Below, piece by piece: positions 25,995-41,431 of a stretch of 64,000 nt of DNA. Made by a program: the position numbers and the translations under genes. Source of the stretch: Felis catus (taxonomy: Eukaryota). Position 1 is the first letter of the stretch. The number at the start of each line of letters is the position of its first letter. The stretch lies in the NCBI RefSeq assembly GCF_018350175.1, contig NC_058368.1, forward strand, positions 19,532,001-19,596,000, read 5' to 3'. The notes under the pieces were generated by a model. It was given only the letters and a program-made list of their open reading frames with translations, did not search any database and was not told where the DNA came from.

Positions 25995-28868
25995 AACGCA
26001 TATTTAATAATACAGGCATTTTCACGAATTCAGGCTTCTGTATTTCCCTGGTCAGCCTCATTTTCATATTCTAGGCAGTGCTTATTTCAGACCTTCACAT
26101 TCCTGAATTCTCTCTCCAGCCCCACCACTCTCCCCTTTGGACTGTGATCTCACTCTGACTCTGGGGTGGGAAATGCATCAGTTTCCTGTCACTCAGCCTA
26201 CAAAGCTGGCCTTCCCTCTGTACGCTCCCTTCGTCTCCTTCTGGGCCTCTGCTCAGGAACGTCCCTCTGTCAGTGTCTCATTGCTCTTCAGTGTGTCTGT
26301 CTTTGCTGCTTCTTACCATCCAGCATGACTTACAGTCCAAACTCCTGTTGTCAAAGCAGACCTGTGCCCCACCCCAGTGGTACTGCCCGTTCTGCACGCT
26401 GTGGCCAGTGTGGGTTCGTGAGTGTGTGCCCCAGAATGGCCGTCGGAGGCTGAGACAGGCCCTCCTTCGTTGCTTCCCGAGGGGGTACTCGGCGAGCCTG
26501 TGCCGAAAACATGAATCAGAGAATGAGGCACCGGCCGACCATGGCCTGGAAGCACTGGTTTTTGCCCTGATGCTGGCTTTTGAATATGAGTCAGAATTAC
26601 AGTAGCGATAGTTGAGATTTGAGAACTTACAGGATACCATTCCCAGTAGCGACCAGTAGGTTAAACTGCCTAATTTAACCCGATCACTCCCCTGGGAGGT
26701 GGGTGCTCCCACGGCCCCATTTCTTTAGGAAGAACCCGAAGCCCAGTGGGGTGGCGTGACTTGCCCAGAGTCCTTGGCGGGCGGGTGAGTGGCAGAGCTG
26801 GGACAGGCGCCCTCTCGGCCACCGGCTCACCTGTCTTGCAGGTGGGTGGACACTGTGTGACAGCAGCTGGCACATGGGGGCTCCACGCACTCGACTGCCG
26901 TGGCTCCACAGCGGTTGCACACCTTGGCTTCTTTTTCTCACAAATTAATGACCTGAGAGTTTCTGAGATGCGGGAATGTTCCGGCTGGGAACAAAGCCAT
27001 GGACCGGCCGCTTTTACTGGCCGCCTTTCATTTTGAGGTGCTCCTGAAGGCACTGGCTGCAGGTACAGGGACTCCTGCCTTGATTTGAGTATGAGGAGAC
27101 ATGCGTCTCTGCCAGGAGACAGAAGCTACCTGAAATGGCCCAAGGATGCTGGGGCTCCCCCTGTCACAGCTCCGTGTTTTTCCAGAGATGGTGATTAGTA
27201 TTTGCTTGTGGACACCCCGTGGGCCCTTCTACTGCCGTCATCACTGTGGTGGTGCCATTTTCAAAGCCAGAGTTCCTTCTGGCTTTGCCGCAGACGAGCT
27301 GTGTGCTGGGAGAGCGTCAGTCAAGGCCTGTGAGGCACGATTCCCGTCTGAAAGTAGGGTGCTTGTCCCCCCCCCCCACCTTCCTGAAAGGGTGCTTCAG
27401 GCCGCTGGGAGGTGACGGGCCCGTGGCCACACACTGCCCTCCCGAGGCATTGACTTTCTGTGTAACATGAGGCCTACCAGTGCTGTGACCCCCGAGTCGG
27501 CCTCTGCCTTCTGCGGGGTCTTGCCACGTCCAGGCCTCAGCCGGTGGGGACGTGTCTCTAGTGCCTGTTTTTACCACGCCTGCTCAGGCCACCGCTCTGT
27601 CCCCTACAGCACTGCAGTAGGGTCTTCATTGGCCCCCTGCTTCTAGCCAAGGCTCTTTCTAACTCTTTTCCCACATTCAAACCAGTGGTCTCTTGGACAC
27701 CCGGATCTGACTGCATTCCTCTGTAGCGTTTCCCTGCTGTCCTTAGGGTGAAGTCTGTGAGCGCACACGTGAGACTGGGCGTCCGCCGGTGTCCCCAGTG
27801 GACCCAGCCCCTTGTGCCGCCGTCCCTCCACCTCGTTTTGGCCACACCCCCACTGGCAGCTCCCAGAAAGGGGTTCTCAGGTCTCCCCCGACACCTTTCT
27901 TCTTCCCCTTCACCTGTTGTCTTGTCCTTCAGGGCTCGGCATGGGGGTCACATCCTCAAGAAGCCTTTCCTGTCCCCTGGCCCGCTTGGCTGTCACTCCT
28001 CTGTGTACTCCATGTCTCCACTCACCCTGGGACACGCATGTGGCAGGTGCTCAGATACTCATTGAGTGAATGAAGTGACTGTGAAATTATACCGTGTTTG
28101 TGCTTGACCTTAAAAGGTCCACACAGCCTGGTCCCTAGGCTCCCGCATTGAAGGCTCCTGTTAGAGTGGGGAAAACAGAGTTACAAATCTTACCTAGGTT
28201 TGTGTCTGTTCTCTTCTAAGTTTTTCTTTGTCTGTTTACTTTGTGTTAGATGAGGAAGGAGAGGAGAGAGGAGACAGGTGAGGTAGACAGACTGCTCGCA
28301 GAAACTCTTAAAGCGGAAGAAATGCTAGGGAAAACACCGCCTTTCCATTAAATGTATTCCCGCAGGGTGGTGTTTTGGGGGGACACAAGCTTCTGAAGAA
28401 GAAACGCTGGGAACTCGCTGGAAGGAGCCACCTTGACTCCCAGAAAGTGCTGTTCACCTTAAATCAAGCTGTTTAGGCTTAGAAAGATGTGGTCAATTCA
28501 GATCAAAGGGGCAAGTCACAGATTAAGCGAACCTTCCAAAGCTTGGTAGTTAGGTTACGCTGGGGGAGAAGGTTCTGCTGTCAGCTCCCGACCCCCCTTC
28601 GCTAGTGAGCAGGCGCTCCTTCTCCTGACGCAGGCCTCGGAGGAGATCTTGTGTGATGAGAAACTCCTCCGGGTTGTGTGGACGGGCCTCAGAAGGGCAG
28701 GGCCTGGGCGTCTCCCATCACTGGGAGATTTGAAGAGGCAGCAGAGAACATTCTCAGATTATGGAGAAGTCTCCTCTTCTTGGTTGCCACCCTGCCTGCC
28801 CAGCCACCAAACAGATTTCTGCACATCTGCTCCCAGCACTTGAGACTTCACGGTGCCACTCCCTGTCC

Positions 28869-29117
28869 TTTTTTTTAACATTTTTTTTAAAGCTTTTTTT
28901 TTTAATTTTTTTTTTTAATGTTTACTTATTTTTGAGACAGAGAGAGACAGAGCATGAATGGGGGAGGGTCAGAGAGAGGGAGACACAGAATCCGAAACAG
29001 GCTCCAGGCTCTGAGCTGTCAGCACAGAGCCCGACGCGGAGCTCGAACTCACGGACCGCGAGATGGTGACCTGAGCCGAAGTCGGCCGCTTAACCGACTG
29101 AGCCACCCAGGCGCCCC
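28869..29117 (-). mobile_element. Feliform CAN-SINE with long T-tract
   Basis: TSD cactccctgtcctttt. Confidence 0.94.
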
Positions 29118-30199
29118 CACTCCCTGTCCTTTTAAAGGGCCCTTCTTTTCCTGCTCCATGATTGTATTGTGGCCATTATTGAACTTACATACTCGGATCT
29201 GCTTGTAGCTTCTGGGCAGTAAACCTCCTGAGAGGAAGGCTCGCTTTCCTGTTCGTACCCAAGCCCAGCACGGTGCCTGCTACGCAGAGGCCCGTCAATA
29301 GTGAAAATGTCCATTAGGTGATATAATAGAAGTCACCAGCATTCACTGGGCGCTCACTGTATGTCAGGCACTGTGCTCAGTCCTTAACATGCATCATCTC
29401 AGTTAATCCTGGAACAAAATCGTCATTGTAGAAAGGAGGACACTGTGGCTTTGTACCAGGACTTGACCCGGATGGCACCACTGCCCTGTGACTCACCAGG
29501 GCCCTCACGAGGACTCTGAGCTCCCAGGGTCAGGGCCGTGTCTTCTTTTGCTCGCCACTGCGTCCCTGGCACCTGGTGCACACAGTGGCACATGTGGCAC
29601 TTGGTCTGGGGACACTAAACGCTTACTGCGTCCGTATGCTCCTGGGGGGGGGGGGGGGCAGCGTGCACTCACAGCCTTGCAGGGAGGCGGTGGCATGGAG
29701 CATGGCGGCAGCACCAGACCTTTGGGGACAGATGGGCAGACAGACAGACAGACTCTTGAATCCTCATTATGCAGACGGTGCTCCTGCACAGTTTTTAAAA
29801 AAGAAAGTTTTGATGTCAATACTTAACATCTCTGCACACTTTGGCTCTGGGGTTTTATACGCTTACACATAGCAACGTTGAAAGAAATGGGCACGTAGGT
29901 TCAATTCTGTGCCTTCCTAAGAAATCTTCAGGTTTTTGCTCAAATGGGAGTGAATATCATTTACCTCATATACTTTTGGGAAGATTCAATGAGCAAATAA
30001 ACAAGTAAAAATCTAGCACAGGACGTGCACTCAGTAAATGTCCGTTTTACCTTCTCACATTGATAAGGCAGCTCGCTGTACATCCTTCTCTCTGATACTT
30101 GCAATAGTAGTACTTACGGAATGAAAGAAGTGTGTAAAATAACCCCGGAGCCTGCTTAGTTGACTTTGTCAGCATTTGATCACGAGGCACGGTTCTCAA

Positions 30200-30512
30200 C
30201 AGTCGACCCTTGAGCAGCGGTGGGGGTTTGGAGTGCTGATCCAGTGCAGAGTTGAAAATCCGAGTGTAACTTTTGACTCCCCCGAAACGAATCAGCTACT
30301 TTGACTAGAAGCCTTACCGATAACATAATCAGTCAATGAACACACTTACTTTGCAGGTTGTTATATACTCTATTCCTATAATAAAGTAAGCTACAGAAAA
30401 GAAAATGTCAAGAAAATCAGGAGGAAGAGAAAATCTGTTTCCAGTACTCTGTTGTATTTATTGAAAAACCGCGTATATGTGGACCCACGTGGTTCAAACC
30501 CGTGCTGTGCAC
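30200..30512. mobile_element. Tigger2-type (MER28/Tigger2a-like) element
   Basis: cagtcgacccttga...aacttttgactcccc...gaagccttaccgataacataa...gttcaaacccgtg. Confidence 0.8.
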
Positions 30513-31199
30513 AGTGATGTGTTTTGTGGCCCCTGGGTGGTTCTCCAGCGGCCTCCCTTCGCTCTGTCCCTCCCTCCTCTCCCCCACCGTGTGTCTCTGT
30601 GTGTCTGGGGACCGGCATCCAGTCCACACACACACCTACGACTCACTCGCGCCTGTCTGACTCCACTCTCTCTTCTGCAAAACTTCCTGTGAGAGCTTCT
30701 TGAGCCGCGGCCTGTCTCCTCGCTTCGCGCGCTCTCCTCTGCCCATCCCGCTGGGCTGCTGCCTCCATCGGTTGCTGAAATTGCTTTTCCTTCACACATC
30801 AATTCGTTTCCATTGCCCCGACCCAGCCATTGCTGATTTTAATGCCTCTCCACCAGCATTGCCCCTGCCCCCCAGTGTCTCCATTTGAAACTTGTTGTTG
30901 GTTTTCTTTTTTATGAAAGTGTGACTTACCTTCACGGAAGTAGGCAGATCTTAAGTGCAGAGTATGATGAAGTTTGCCCGTATCGCGTCTGGGTAGTGAC
31001 GCCTGCTGTGGCTGAGGCTAGGATGTCTGCTCCCGCAGTCTGCCACCCCCACTGGCCCGTCTGCCTCCCTGCCGCTCTGGCTGGCCCTTCCACCTGTTCA
31101 GCCTCCAGTGTGGCCCCGGCACCAGGGCTTGGATCTAGAACTCCCTCTCTTTTCCACTTATGCTCCCAGGTGACCTTGCACCATTTCAGGGCTGTAGGT

Positions 31200-32060
31200 A
31201 CCATGTGTTTTGACAACTCCGGGATTTGTACCTCTAGCTCTGCCCTCTTCTCTCAGCTCCAGTCATGTTTTCTGCTCCCTACTTGACTCAGATAGGCATC
31301 CCAGACCCGACATGTCAAAATGAAGGTCTTTATTTCATCTCTTCTCTTCTCTCTCTGTCCTTCAGTGGCTTCTGCACACTTGTCTCCATCTCAGTAACTG
31401 AGAATTTCGAGCTCCTCTTTGCTTCTTTTCTTTACTCACTTAGCATATCTGCACGCCCTGGAAATATCCTGGGTGTTCACGCCATCTCTGGCCCACGCCA
31501 CTGCCATCTTTTGCTTGCCCACCTCTTCTCCCAGCCTCTATTATTGTCCCTGCCACCCCGTGCTCATGCAGCAGCCAGAGCGATGACTTGAAAATGTGAA
31601 TCAAATTATGTCACTTCCCAGTAAAACTCTTAACATTGGAAGCCCGTACTCTGTTCTGCAAGACTCAACGGGATCTGGACTCTGCCTGCTTCACTTCCTG
31701 TTTTTCAAAGGCACCCTTCCTTCCTGCCTTAGGGCCTTCACATTAGCAGAGTTTTTCCCCTTGAACTTTCTTTCCCCTGTATGTTGGCCCTTCTTGTCTT
31801 CCAGGTCACAGCATGTCTTCCAAGTGACCCCCCCCCCCACCAAAAAAAAAAAGAAAGCCCTTGAGTCACATTATTTGCATCATAACACTTATTTAATACC
31901 TCGGACTGTCCTGTTCATTGTCTGTTTTTTCCGCAGAATTGGTCTTCATGAGGGTAGGGACTTTGCTGTCCTGTTCACAGCTGTATTTCCAGTGTCTAGT
32001 ACAGCACCTGTCACTTAGCTGTGCACTAAATATTGACTCAATCTGTAAATGAACAGATAA
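31200..32060. mobile_element. L2 LINE remnant
   Basis: gcagccagagcgatgacttgaaaatgtgaatca, cttagggccttcacattag, catgagggtagggactttg...ttcacagctgtatttccagtgtctagtacag. Confidence 0.65.
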
Positions 32061-32200
32061 AATGAATACCGCCACTCAGTGTAAAAGCCAAGAGTGTAAC
32101 CAGTCCAACACGTTGTCTAGAACCCGACCCGGGTGGCAGACCAGCAGGGGTGAGCTCCAGTTAATTGCTGTGTGCGTAACTTGAGTGGCATCTGTTTCAG

Positions 32201-32328
32201 AGAGGAGCAAGTACCCATGGAGCTGGTGCAGCGGGGCGACGTCATCAAGGTCGTCCCCGGCGGAAAGTTCCCGGTGGATGGGAAAGTCCTGGAGGGCAGT
32301 ACCATGGCTGACGAGTCCCTCATCACAG
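32201..32328 (+). CDS. ATP7B: ATP7B exon 10 (128 nt; A-domain)
   Basis: tttcag|AGAGGAG...ACAG|gttagg; [27 protein letters not shown]...DESLIT. Confidence 0.96.
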
Positions 32329-32390
32329 GTTAGGTGGCTTGTTTCATGTTCCCTTTGGGTGGGTATCACAGCACCTGCCAGGTCACATGA

Positions 32391-32702
<312 letters not shown>

Positions 32703-32815
32703 TAGTAAGTGTAGTTAACGAGGGGGCTCGGAACCCCAGTTCTTGCTCATGCTTGTGGTGGTTTATTTCTTTGTGGATTGTAATTTCCCCTGGTCTTGGT
32801 GTTTTGTTTTCATAG

Positions 32816-32956
<141 letters not shown>

Positions 32957-33571
32957 TGAATGCTTTGGGCAGTATGGTTGCTGTGTTTTAAATAACCTCT
33001 TGCCATTAATCCTATTCTCTCATGTCTTAGATTCATTGGGCCTTAATTACCCATTACCTTTATTTACTTGTTTTGCTTACTTAAGGCAGCAAAGTCTTAG
33101 CCAGGATAGGATGATCAGTCACTCTGTTCCTGCAGGTTTTTTTTAAAGATCCTCTTGGCTCTTTAGTTAGATGATTATACAGATACCAGTTGGCTCTTGG
33201 TTGTAATGCTTAAAACATTTACATTATGTGATCTTGGCCATTTCTGGGGTTATAAGGCACATATCATAGGTCACTTCACAATTTTGATGGCATGATAATA
33301 TTACTTAACAGATATATTCTTAACAGATTTTAAGAAAAATGTTTTTTGCTGTCTATGTCCATCAATACCATCCTCAACCTCGCAGCTTCCCAAGCAACGC
33401 TAAATCTTCTTAATAAGTATTTATTAAACATAACATGAGACCATGGAATATACTTTCTCGAGTTAAAAAGTGATTAAAGAATATGATCTTAGCAACTACA
33501 GTTTTATCAAACTTCCAAAAAGGGTGTAAAATACAAAAAAAAAAGCTTTTCTGCCTGAGAAATAGGAACTG

Positions 33572-33789
33572 TGGTGATTCTCAGTTGGGAGTAATTTTGT
33601 TGCCTCCAGAGACATCTGGCAATGTCTGGAGACGTTTTTGGTTGTCCTGACCGGGGAGGGAATACTACTGACATCTAGTGGGTAGAGACCAGGGATGCTG
33701 CCAGATGGCCTACCACACAGAGCACAGCCCCCCACAACAAAGAATTATGTGACCCCAAATGTCAGTAGTGCTGAGACTGAGAAACCTTG
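33572..33789. mobile_element. MER20 hAT-Charlie element
   Basis: ggcaatgtctggagacgtttttggttgtc...catctagtgggtagagaccagggatgctg...gagaaacc. Confidence 0.88.
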
Positions 33790-35786
33790 ATGTACATCAA
33801 CAGTGAATGGCCCACATGGTGTAGTATTTCATAACTGCCCAGTGAGTGGAACAGTGTTTTATATTCAGCCAAGTCTAATGCGTATTTTACCTTAGGGCCA
33901 TAATATAAGAAACATGGACCAGAGCATTTTTTTCTTAAAAAAAAAAATACCCATAATTAAAAGCACATCTTACATTCTCAGGGTGCATGTCATATACTAA
34001 GATGTCACTTTCTGTCTCCAGTTTCCTATCTTAAAATGAAAAATGTCCATGTTAAACTCTTCCTGACATCTTAAGGAGACCTCAGTGCTTTTAAGAGTAA
34101 CCTGGGACTGTATTCCTAGAATTTGCCTGGGGCTGTTATGGCACCTGACTGCCCCCAAATGTCCACTTTTGCGGGAGAGCAGCTCCTTGGCACGTGGCTG
34201 TGGGAAAAGTCATTCCCAAACAAGTTGGAATATGTGACTTTCTGCTGGTCTCTGCCTTTCCATCTTACGTTGGCTTCTTTTGTTTTTATCCGCAATATCA
34301 GGGAGGATGCTGGCGCATGAGGTACTGCATGTTCCTTTAAGATACTGTCACCCTGCTGTGTGATGTCACTTGTAGGGAGACGTTCATGTCACCTTCTAGA
34401 AGTCCACCCAGTCCCGTCGGAGTGTCCGGTGTTATTTTAACGAGAATTACTGTGTTTTTTTTTTAATCATATCATCTTTATCTCTAAAAACCACAATTAT
34501 GTCTTAAATACTGCGTCCTTCTACCTGAATGCAACTGTTTCTAATCAAAGTGAAATGACCCTTTAATAATGCACCTTATTTTAGGATTCTGCCTTTCAAA
34601 ATCAAGGAATAAAGTATAGATGAACGCTAAAGAGATTGTGCTCTGTATCCTTGATTTAGAAGACATACTATAATTAAAGTGAATATAATGTCTCCTGATT
34701 GTACCTCAGAGACAGCCGCCATTTTGAAAAATAAACCAAGATAAATCACGATGTCAGAATGCAAAGAGTAACAACCTTGTGGGTCGCTAGGTAACTGGAA
34801 AAGAGACCCATATTTTGTTTGTTTGGAGTTTACCAAGAAAACAGTAGTGAAAAAAAGAGAAGAAAATAAAGGTGGCTCCAAATCCCGTCCCTAGGAGTAA
34901 CAGTTTTTTGCACTTTGGTGAACATCCTTCCAGTATTGTTGAAGGACTATGTAGAGATACGGGCAGATAATTTCACACTAATTCAGTCACAACATATGCC
35001 ATTTTGTGCTTGCTTTTTTTATCCAGCAGTGTTACTGATGTCTTTCCATGTCAGCAAGGATAGATACACATCATGATTTCAACAATTGCATAATATTCCA
35101 TTATGTACATCATACCCACAATTATTTTTTTCATACCCACAATTTAATTAATTCATTCCCTATGGGTTGTCTCTAGTTTTTTGCCATTATAAAAAACGCT
35201 GTGATAAGTATCTTTGTATCTTTAGCCACTTGTATGATTATCATCTTAGGGTAGATTCCTTAGAGATCTATGATTTTTTAAAGTTTTCATAAGAATGATA
35301 AAAATAACATGTAATATTGTTACTATGTAATACAGAAAGTGTAATAGTTACAATTTTTAGGTGCCTTTCTTCTGCTAGGTATTGTACAATGCACATTTAT
35401 ATGTTTACATGTATATATATATATATAAAATCTCATTTAACCTTTATAACAACCAGCTGGGCATTATTGGTATTATTGTCTCCGTTTTGTATGTGAGGGA
35501 GCTGAGACCCAGACAAGTCAAATTAGTGTCAGGGCCAGGAAATGGATATACCTAGTCCGATTCTAGAGTCCACGCTCCTTCCTCCAGCAGAGTTTCCTAT
35601 ACCTCTCATCATGCCTCTCTCAGAGGAAAGCCTGTGGGATCAGGTTGGAAAACTGGGCTGGGGAACAGTGAATGAACCATGTGATAACACAACACTGAGG
35701 CAGAGTGGAACGCACCATGTTTCCCAAACCCCCACTTGTCACACAGACTCAGGTCCCCCTGCCTGCCTTGAAATGTTCTCATGTGA

Positions 35787-36110
<324 letters not shown>

Positions 36111-37843
36111 TGATTTTTTTTTTTTTTGAAACTTAGTCCTCGTGAAAATGGTATCTGTTTAAATTCTGTATTAAGAGGACAACCTGGAAGAGGCTCGAGG
36201 GCACTCCATTAATTAAATAAAACAGAAAGCCAGGACTGACTGGGAATGATAGCAACAACAGCTAAGACTTGTAAGATTAAATACAAATTGATTTCGTCTC
36301 ATTAACAACTCTTTGAGGTAGGTGCTTATTATTCCCGTTTTGCAGATGAGGAAGCTACAGCGGGAGGAGGTGAGGCAATTTGCCCAAAGGCCTAGAGCTT
36401 TGGCAGAGCTGGGACTCACACCCAGGGAGCCAGGCTCAGGCAGTACTGGAGCACAAACATGTGATTAGCAGAGGGATCCTCACTCCCGGGAGTGGAATAG
36501 TCAGCAGCCGTGTTTATGAAGAATCTTTCTTCGGCCCAACATGCCCATCCCTAACCTTCCGTCCCTCCGTTTATTTACGTTTGTTGAGCATTTACTTTGT
36601 GTGTGTGGGTCCTGTCCTAGGCCCTGGCAATGGCCATGGGCCTCTGCTGTGAGGGAGCTCACACGTTAGTGGGAGAGGCAGGTGTGGAGTATGCAAACCA
36701 CAAATCCGTGAGGGCGTGTGAGGCTGGCAGGGTGGTTTAGCAGGGACCTAACCTGCACTTGTGTGTGTCGGCCTGGGGCTGAGTGGGTGCAGAGGCAGGA
36801 AAGGAAGTACAGGGGGTCCACCTGGGACCAACCAGTAGAGCCAGAGTGAGCCAGACAGCAGAGGTTGGGAAGGATGTTCTGGCAGTGGAACAGCGGAGGC
36901 TGTACTGTCCTATCATAGGCTCCATAAGATCAGGGACTGGGAGCTCTTTTCTCACCGTTGTGTCCCCAGCATCTTGCCCAGGGTCCAGCACATCGGAAGC
37001 ACTCAGCGGTTACTTGCTGAATAAGTAATGAGGAACCGGAAGGAAATGAGAGAGAGAGACTGACAGGAGAAGAGGCTGCTGAGGGAGCAAGGCAGGGAAG
37101 GCAGGGCCTGGGAGTTTCTGTCAACTCCAGGTTGGATCCGGAACTTAACCCCAAGAACAGCAAGGGGCCGTGGAGGGGTCTGAAGCCCCGCAGGATGGAA
37201 CTGGGTTACTTGTTGGGAAGACCGCTGTGCCTGCAGAGTGGAGGGAGGGACGAAAGGCGGCAAGAATTGTTGGAGGAAGAGCAGTTACGCGCGTTGCTGA
37301 GGCTGGCGCTCGGCATCAGAAACAGAGCTGAGTGTTGTTTGCTAAGTGAGGGAGAGCCGGGCCTGTGGGGCAGTCTGGGCACGGCGAGCAGCTGGCCTGC
37401 GACGGGGCCTGGGGCCTGGGGGAGTGTGGAGTTCAGGGGTCGCTGGGCTATGGCCGCGGACACAGGGACCGACCAGCAGAGCCCAGACCCGTGGGGACCA
37501 CGGACCCAGTGGCACAGGCGGAGAAAGTGGCTCCGGTGGTTGGTTACATGGCCAGGGGCACCGCCTTCCCCTCCCTCCAGCTGCAGTGTGAGCGCCTTAT
37601 TCTCAAGCGGCCGCAGAGACACTGCAGGGCGCTGACACGGACAGATGTGCGTGGTGGCATTGCCCGGAAGACGGTGCCATGCCATCTCCTGTCACACTGG
37701 AGTGACAACTTCTGGCTCGACCTGGCAAGGGTTAAGTCACAGCGCGGATTGTTCCAGCTGGACTGAGAGGGAGACAGTGTCTTTGTCGCGGGAGTGCGTG
37801 AACCCGGGATTGATGGTGGAGGGTTGAGTTAATGGAGTCATGA

Positions 37844-38269
<426 letters not shown>

Positions 38270-39405
38270 TAACCGGAGTCAGCTGCCTTCCGGGAGGCCT
38301 TGGCTTGTGGGGTCCGGAAACCCCTCAGCAGCCCCTGCGGAGCAACAGGTTGGAGATACGGCTCACAGCGCTGGGTCCCTCATCCCGTTGCCAGATTATC
38401 ACAAAAGCAGTTCAGCGTTAACACTCATTTACTGAGATCGTACCGGGCTTCTGTGCTCTGGGAGCTGGTGGTCGGGTGGGAAGGACAGATGGTGGAACAG
38501 TTCGGTCCCTTACGAGCACTTAGTGCAAGAGGGATACGAAACCAAGTGAGGGGTCGGGGTGAGGCAAGGAGGGAGCCCTCAACTGGGGACGGGGAAATGG
38601 AGAGGAACCAGCAGCAGTCAGCGAAACGCCCCGTGGGTTCTTGGCAGTTAATGGGGAAGCGGTCATCCTTCGACCTCTCCAGAGGAAAGGCCTGTGTAGT
38701 TTTCTGTTTTCAGTCTAAACATAGAGGCAGCGGGATGTGCCGGAATATTGCCCTGAAAAATTTTAAACGGTCTGGGTGAATAGGATTATGTGAATGTAGA
38801 AAGGTGGTGTGGATGCCTGGGGGAAAAGTGGACAGCTCCACCTGGACAGGGACTCTTCCAGAAATCTCCTTTGGCATTTTGTGTAGGGTCCTTCGGACCA
38901 CCATGTCCCCTCTCTCCTGATGTTTCAGGATGAGCTGTGCTCTCTCAGCCCTCCTCTGCTGTGTAGTTAACCCAGATGAAACAGCTCCTCAGTCCTTTCT
39001 CCTGCCACTGTCCTCGTCCCCCAGGGTCTGTAAAGGGGTGGTTACCCTCTTGCTGGGCTCAGAGCGGCTCTGTTACCATTTCCCCATTCCATCGTTTTCA
39101 TGAAATGATTTGCAACATAAAAATAATCTTTCCTCTTTTTGCTCTCCCACCTCCTTTAATCTGAGGCATTTGCTGTGAACTGCTCTTCTCCTTTCAGTCT
39201 GCCCTTTGTCCAGTATCATGAGGCATCAGTTTAATAATCATAGTGTCGGTGTCGGATAAGAGAAGGGATTGCAGAGTTACTAGTCCGTCTCCTCCCCTTC
39301 CCGGTCCTGCTTACCCCTCAGTTCTGGCTGGTGCTGTGCCTTCCTGCCCCGCTCCCGGGTCTGTCCTCACTCCTACTCACCTCCCCTCCCTCTCTGCCTC
39401 CACAG

Positions 39406-39574
39406 GAGCTGGGAACAGAGACCTTGGGGTACTGCACAGACTTCCAGGCGGTGCCAGGCTGCGGAATTGGCTGTAAAGTCAGCAACGTGGAGGGCATCCT
39501 GGCCCACGGCAAGCGCCAATGGAGCACACAGGCTGGGATCTCGAACGGCGTTGGCGGTGTCCCTGAGGAGACAG
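39406..39574 (+). CDS. ATP7B: ATP7B exon 15 (169 nt; N-domain)
   Basis: cacag|GAGCTG...ACAG|gtaccc; [25 protein letters not shown]. Confidence 0.96.
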
Positions 39575-40307
39575 GTACCCCTGGCCCTCGTCTCTCTGCC
39601 AGGCCTGCCAGGGGTGGGGTCCGGCCGGCTCAGGTGGCGGCGTGCCAAACCAGGGAGCCCGGGCCAGCACCGCTGGGTCCCCTGCTATGGATGGGGGTGG
39701 CTCATGGCTGGGGTGCCGCATGCCCGCCTCCCCCAGGAAGACCTGTGGCTTCTCTGTTGTGTTCTCTGATGCATCTGAGTCTTGACGCTACTGAAATTCA
39801 TAGAGGGTTGTTTCTGCCACCCGTAATCTTGAGTCTCCTCTTTTTCATCCCAAGTGGGTCTTCTCCTAAGCTACAAAGCAGACAGATGGGAATTCTGCTT
39901 TTGCCCTTCCCGTCCCCCTCTCGTGCGGTGGAGCTCTGACGGGATGTGTCGTGTTTACAGAGCTGGCGGCAGAGAATGCAGAGGGGAATGGTCTGCCCAA
40001 GCCAAGAAGGGGTACTGCGTGGAGCGACAGCTGTCTTCAAATAGCGGCTTTTCTGACTCTAAGCATAGCTTGCTAGCCACCGCCGTAAGAGTGTAGAAAC
40101 CCTCCCAACCCCAAAACCCCATGTTGAGTATTCTCTCTTAAGTGCATTGGTAGTTCAGTCTTGCTTGGGAATGCATATTGCTAGAAGCCACCTGCCACCT
40201 TCTAGCAGTTTAGAACCCTAGGGTGACCCTTCCATTTAGTTCCGGGGACTGGTCTGTGTGGTGACACCTAAGTTAGTGGCACACAGAGTTAAAAGGTGAC
40301 AGGAGAT

Positions 40308-40526
40308 GGGGGTGCCTGGGTAGCTCAGTAGGTTAAGTGTCCGACTTCAACTCAAGTCATGATCTTGTAGTTAGTTCAAGCCCCGCATCAGGCTCACTGC
40401 TGTCAGCACACCCGCTTCAGATCCTCTGTCCCCGTCCCCTTCTCCCCAGCATGTGTATGTGTGTGTGTATGTGTGTGTGTGCGCGCGCGCTCTCTCTCAA
40501 AAATAAATAAACATTTAAAAAGAAAA
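40308..40526 (+). mobile_element. CAN-SINE (first of a tandem pair)
   Basis: GGGGGTGCCTGGGTAGCTCAG head, (GT)n insert, AATAAA tail. Confidence 0.9.
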
Positions 40527-40540
40527 AGGGTGAAAGGGTG

Positions 40541-40758
40541 AGGGGCGCCTGGGTGGCTCAGTTGGTTGAGTGTCCGACTTCAGCTCAGGTCATGATCTTG
40601 CGGTTCATGAGTTTGAGCCCTGCGTCGGGCTCTGTGCTGACAGCTTAGAGCCTGGAGCCTGCTTTGGATTCTGTGTCTCCCTCTCTCTCTGCCCCTCCCT
40701 CCCTCTCTCTTTCTCTCTCCCTCTCTCTGTCTCAAAATAAATAAACATTAAAAAAAAT
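40541..40758 (+). mobile_element. Feliform CAN-SINE (second of a tandem pair)
   Basis: GGGGCGCCTGGGTGGCTCAG head, polyA tail. Confidence 0.93.
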
Positions 40759-41233
40759 TTTTTTAGTAAATCTTTAAAAAAAAGAAGGCGACAGGGGAAG
40801 ACTCGCCTAGACTTTTAGGAGGAAAACCTTTAAGACATTTCCTAGATAGAGACTAGTTATTTGCTGATGCCCCTTGGGTCAGGCATCTGTACCAAGCTAC
40901 AATTGCTGCTTCAAATCTCGGCAGAAAAAGAACCAGCAGATACCTCTTAAAGGCAAATAAGAACACTGCCTAATGGTTAATGGGCTCATAACATTTTCAC
41001 ACATACTGCATGTACCTTTTAATCCACCCCGTTTTAATCCACACGCTCACATTCCACACATTAATTACTCTTTTTTCCCTGGTCCTTCAAGGATGGTGCT
41101 ACGAGAGGGGCTTACTAGGTACAGTTTTTCAGAACGGTTGAAAGGACATTCTGCTGTTCAAAGGATCCCACGGTTTTTAGTCCTTTCTCACAGTAAAATT
41201 GGACTCTTTGGGAATAACCACCAACTCTTTTGA

Positions 41234-41431
<198 letters not shown>

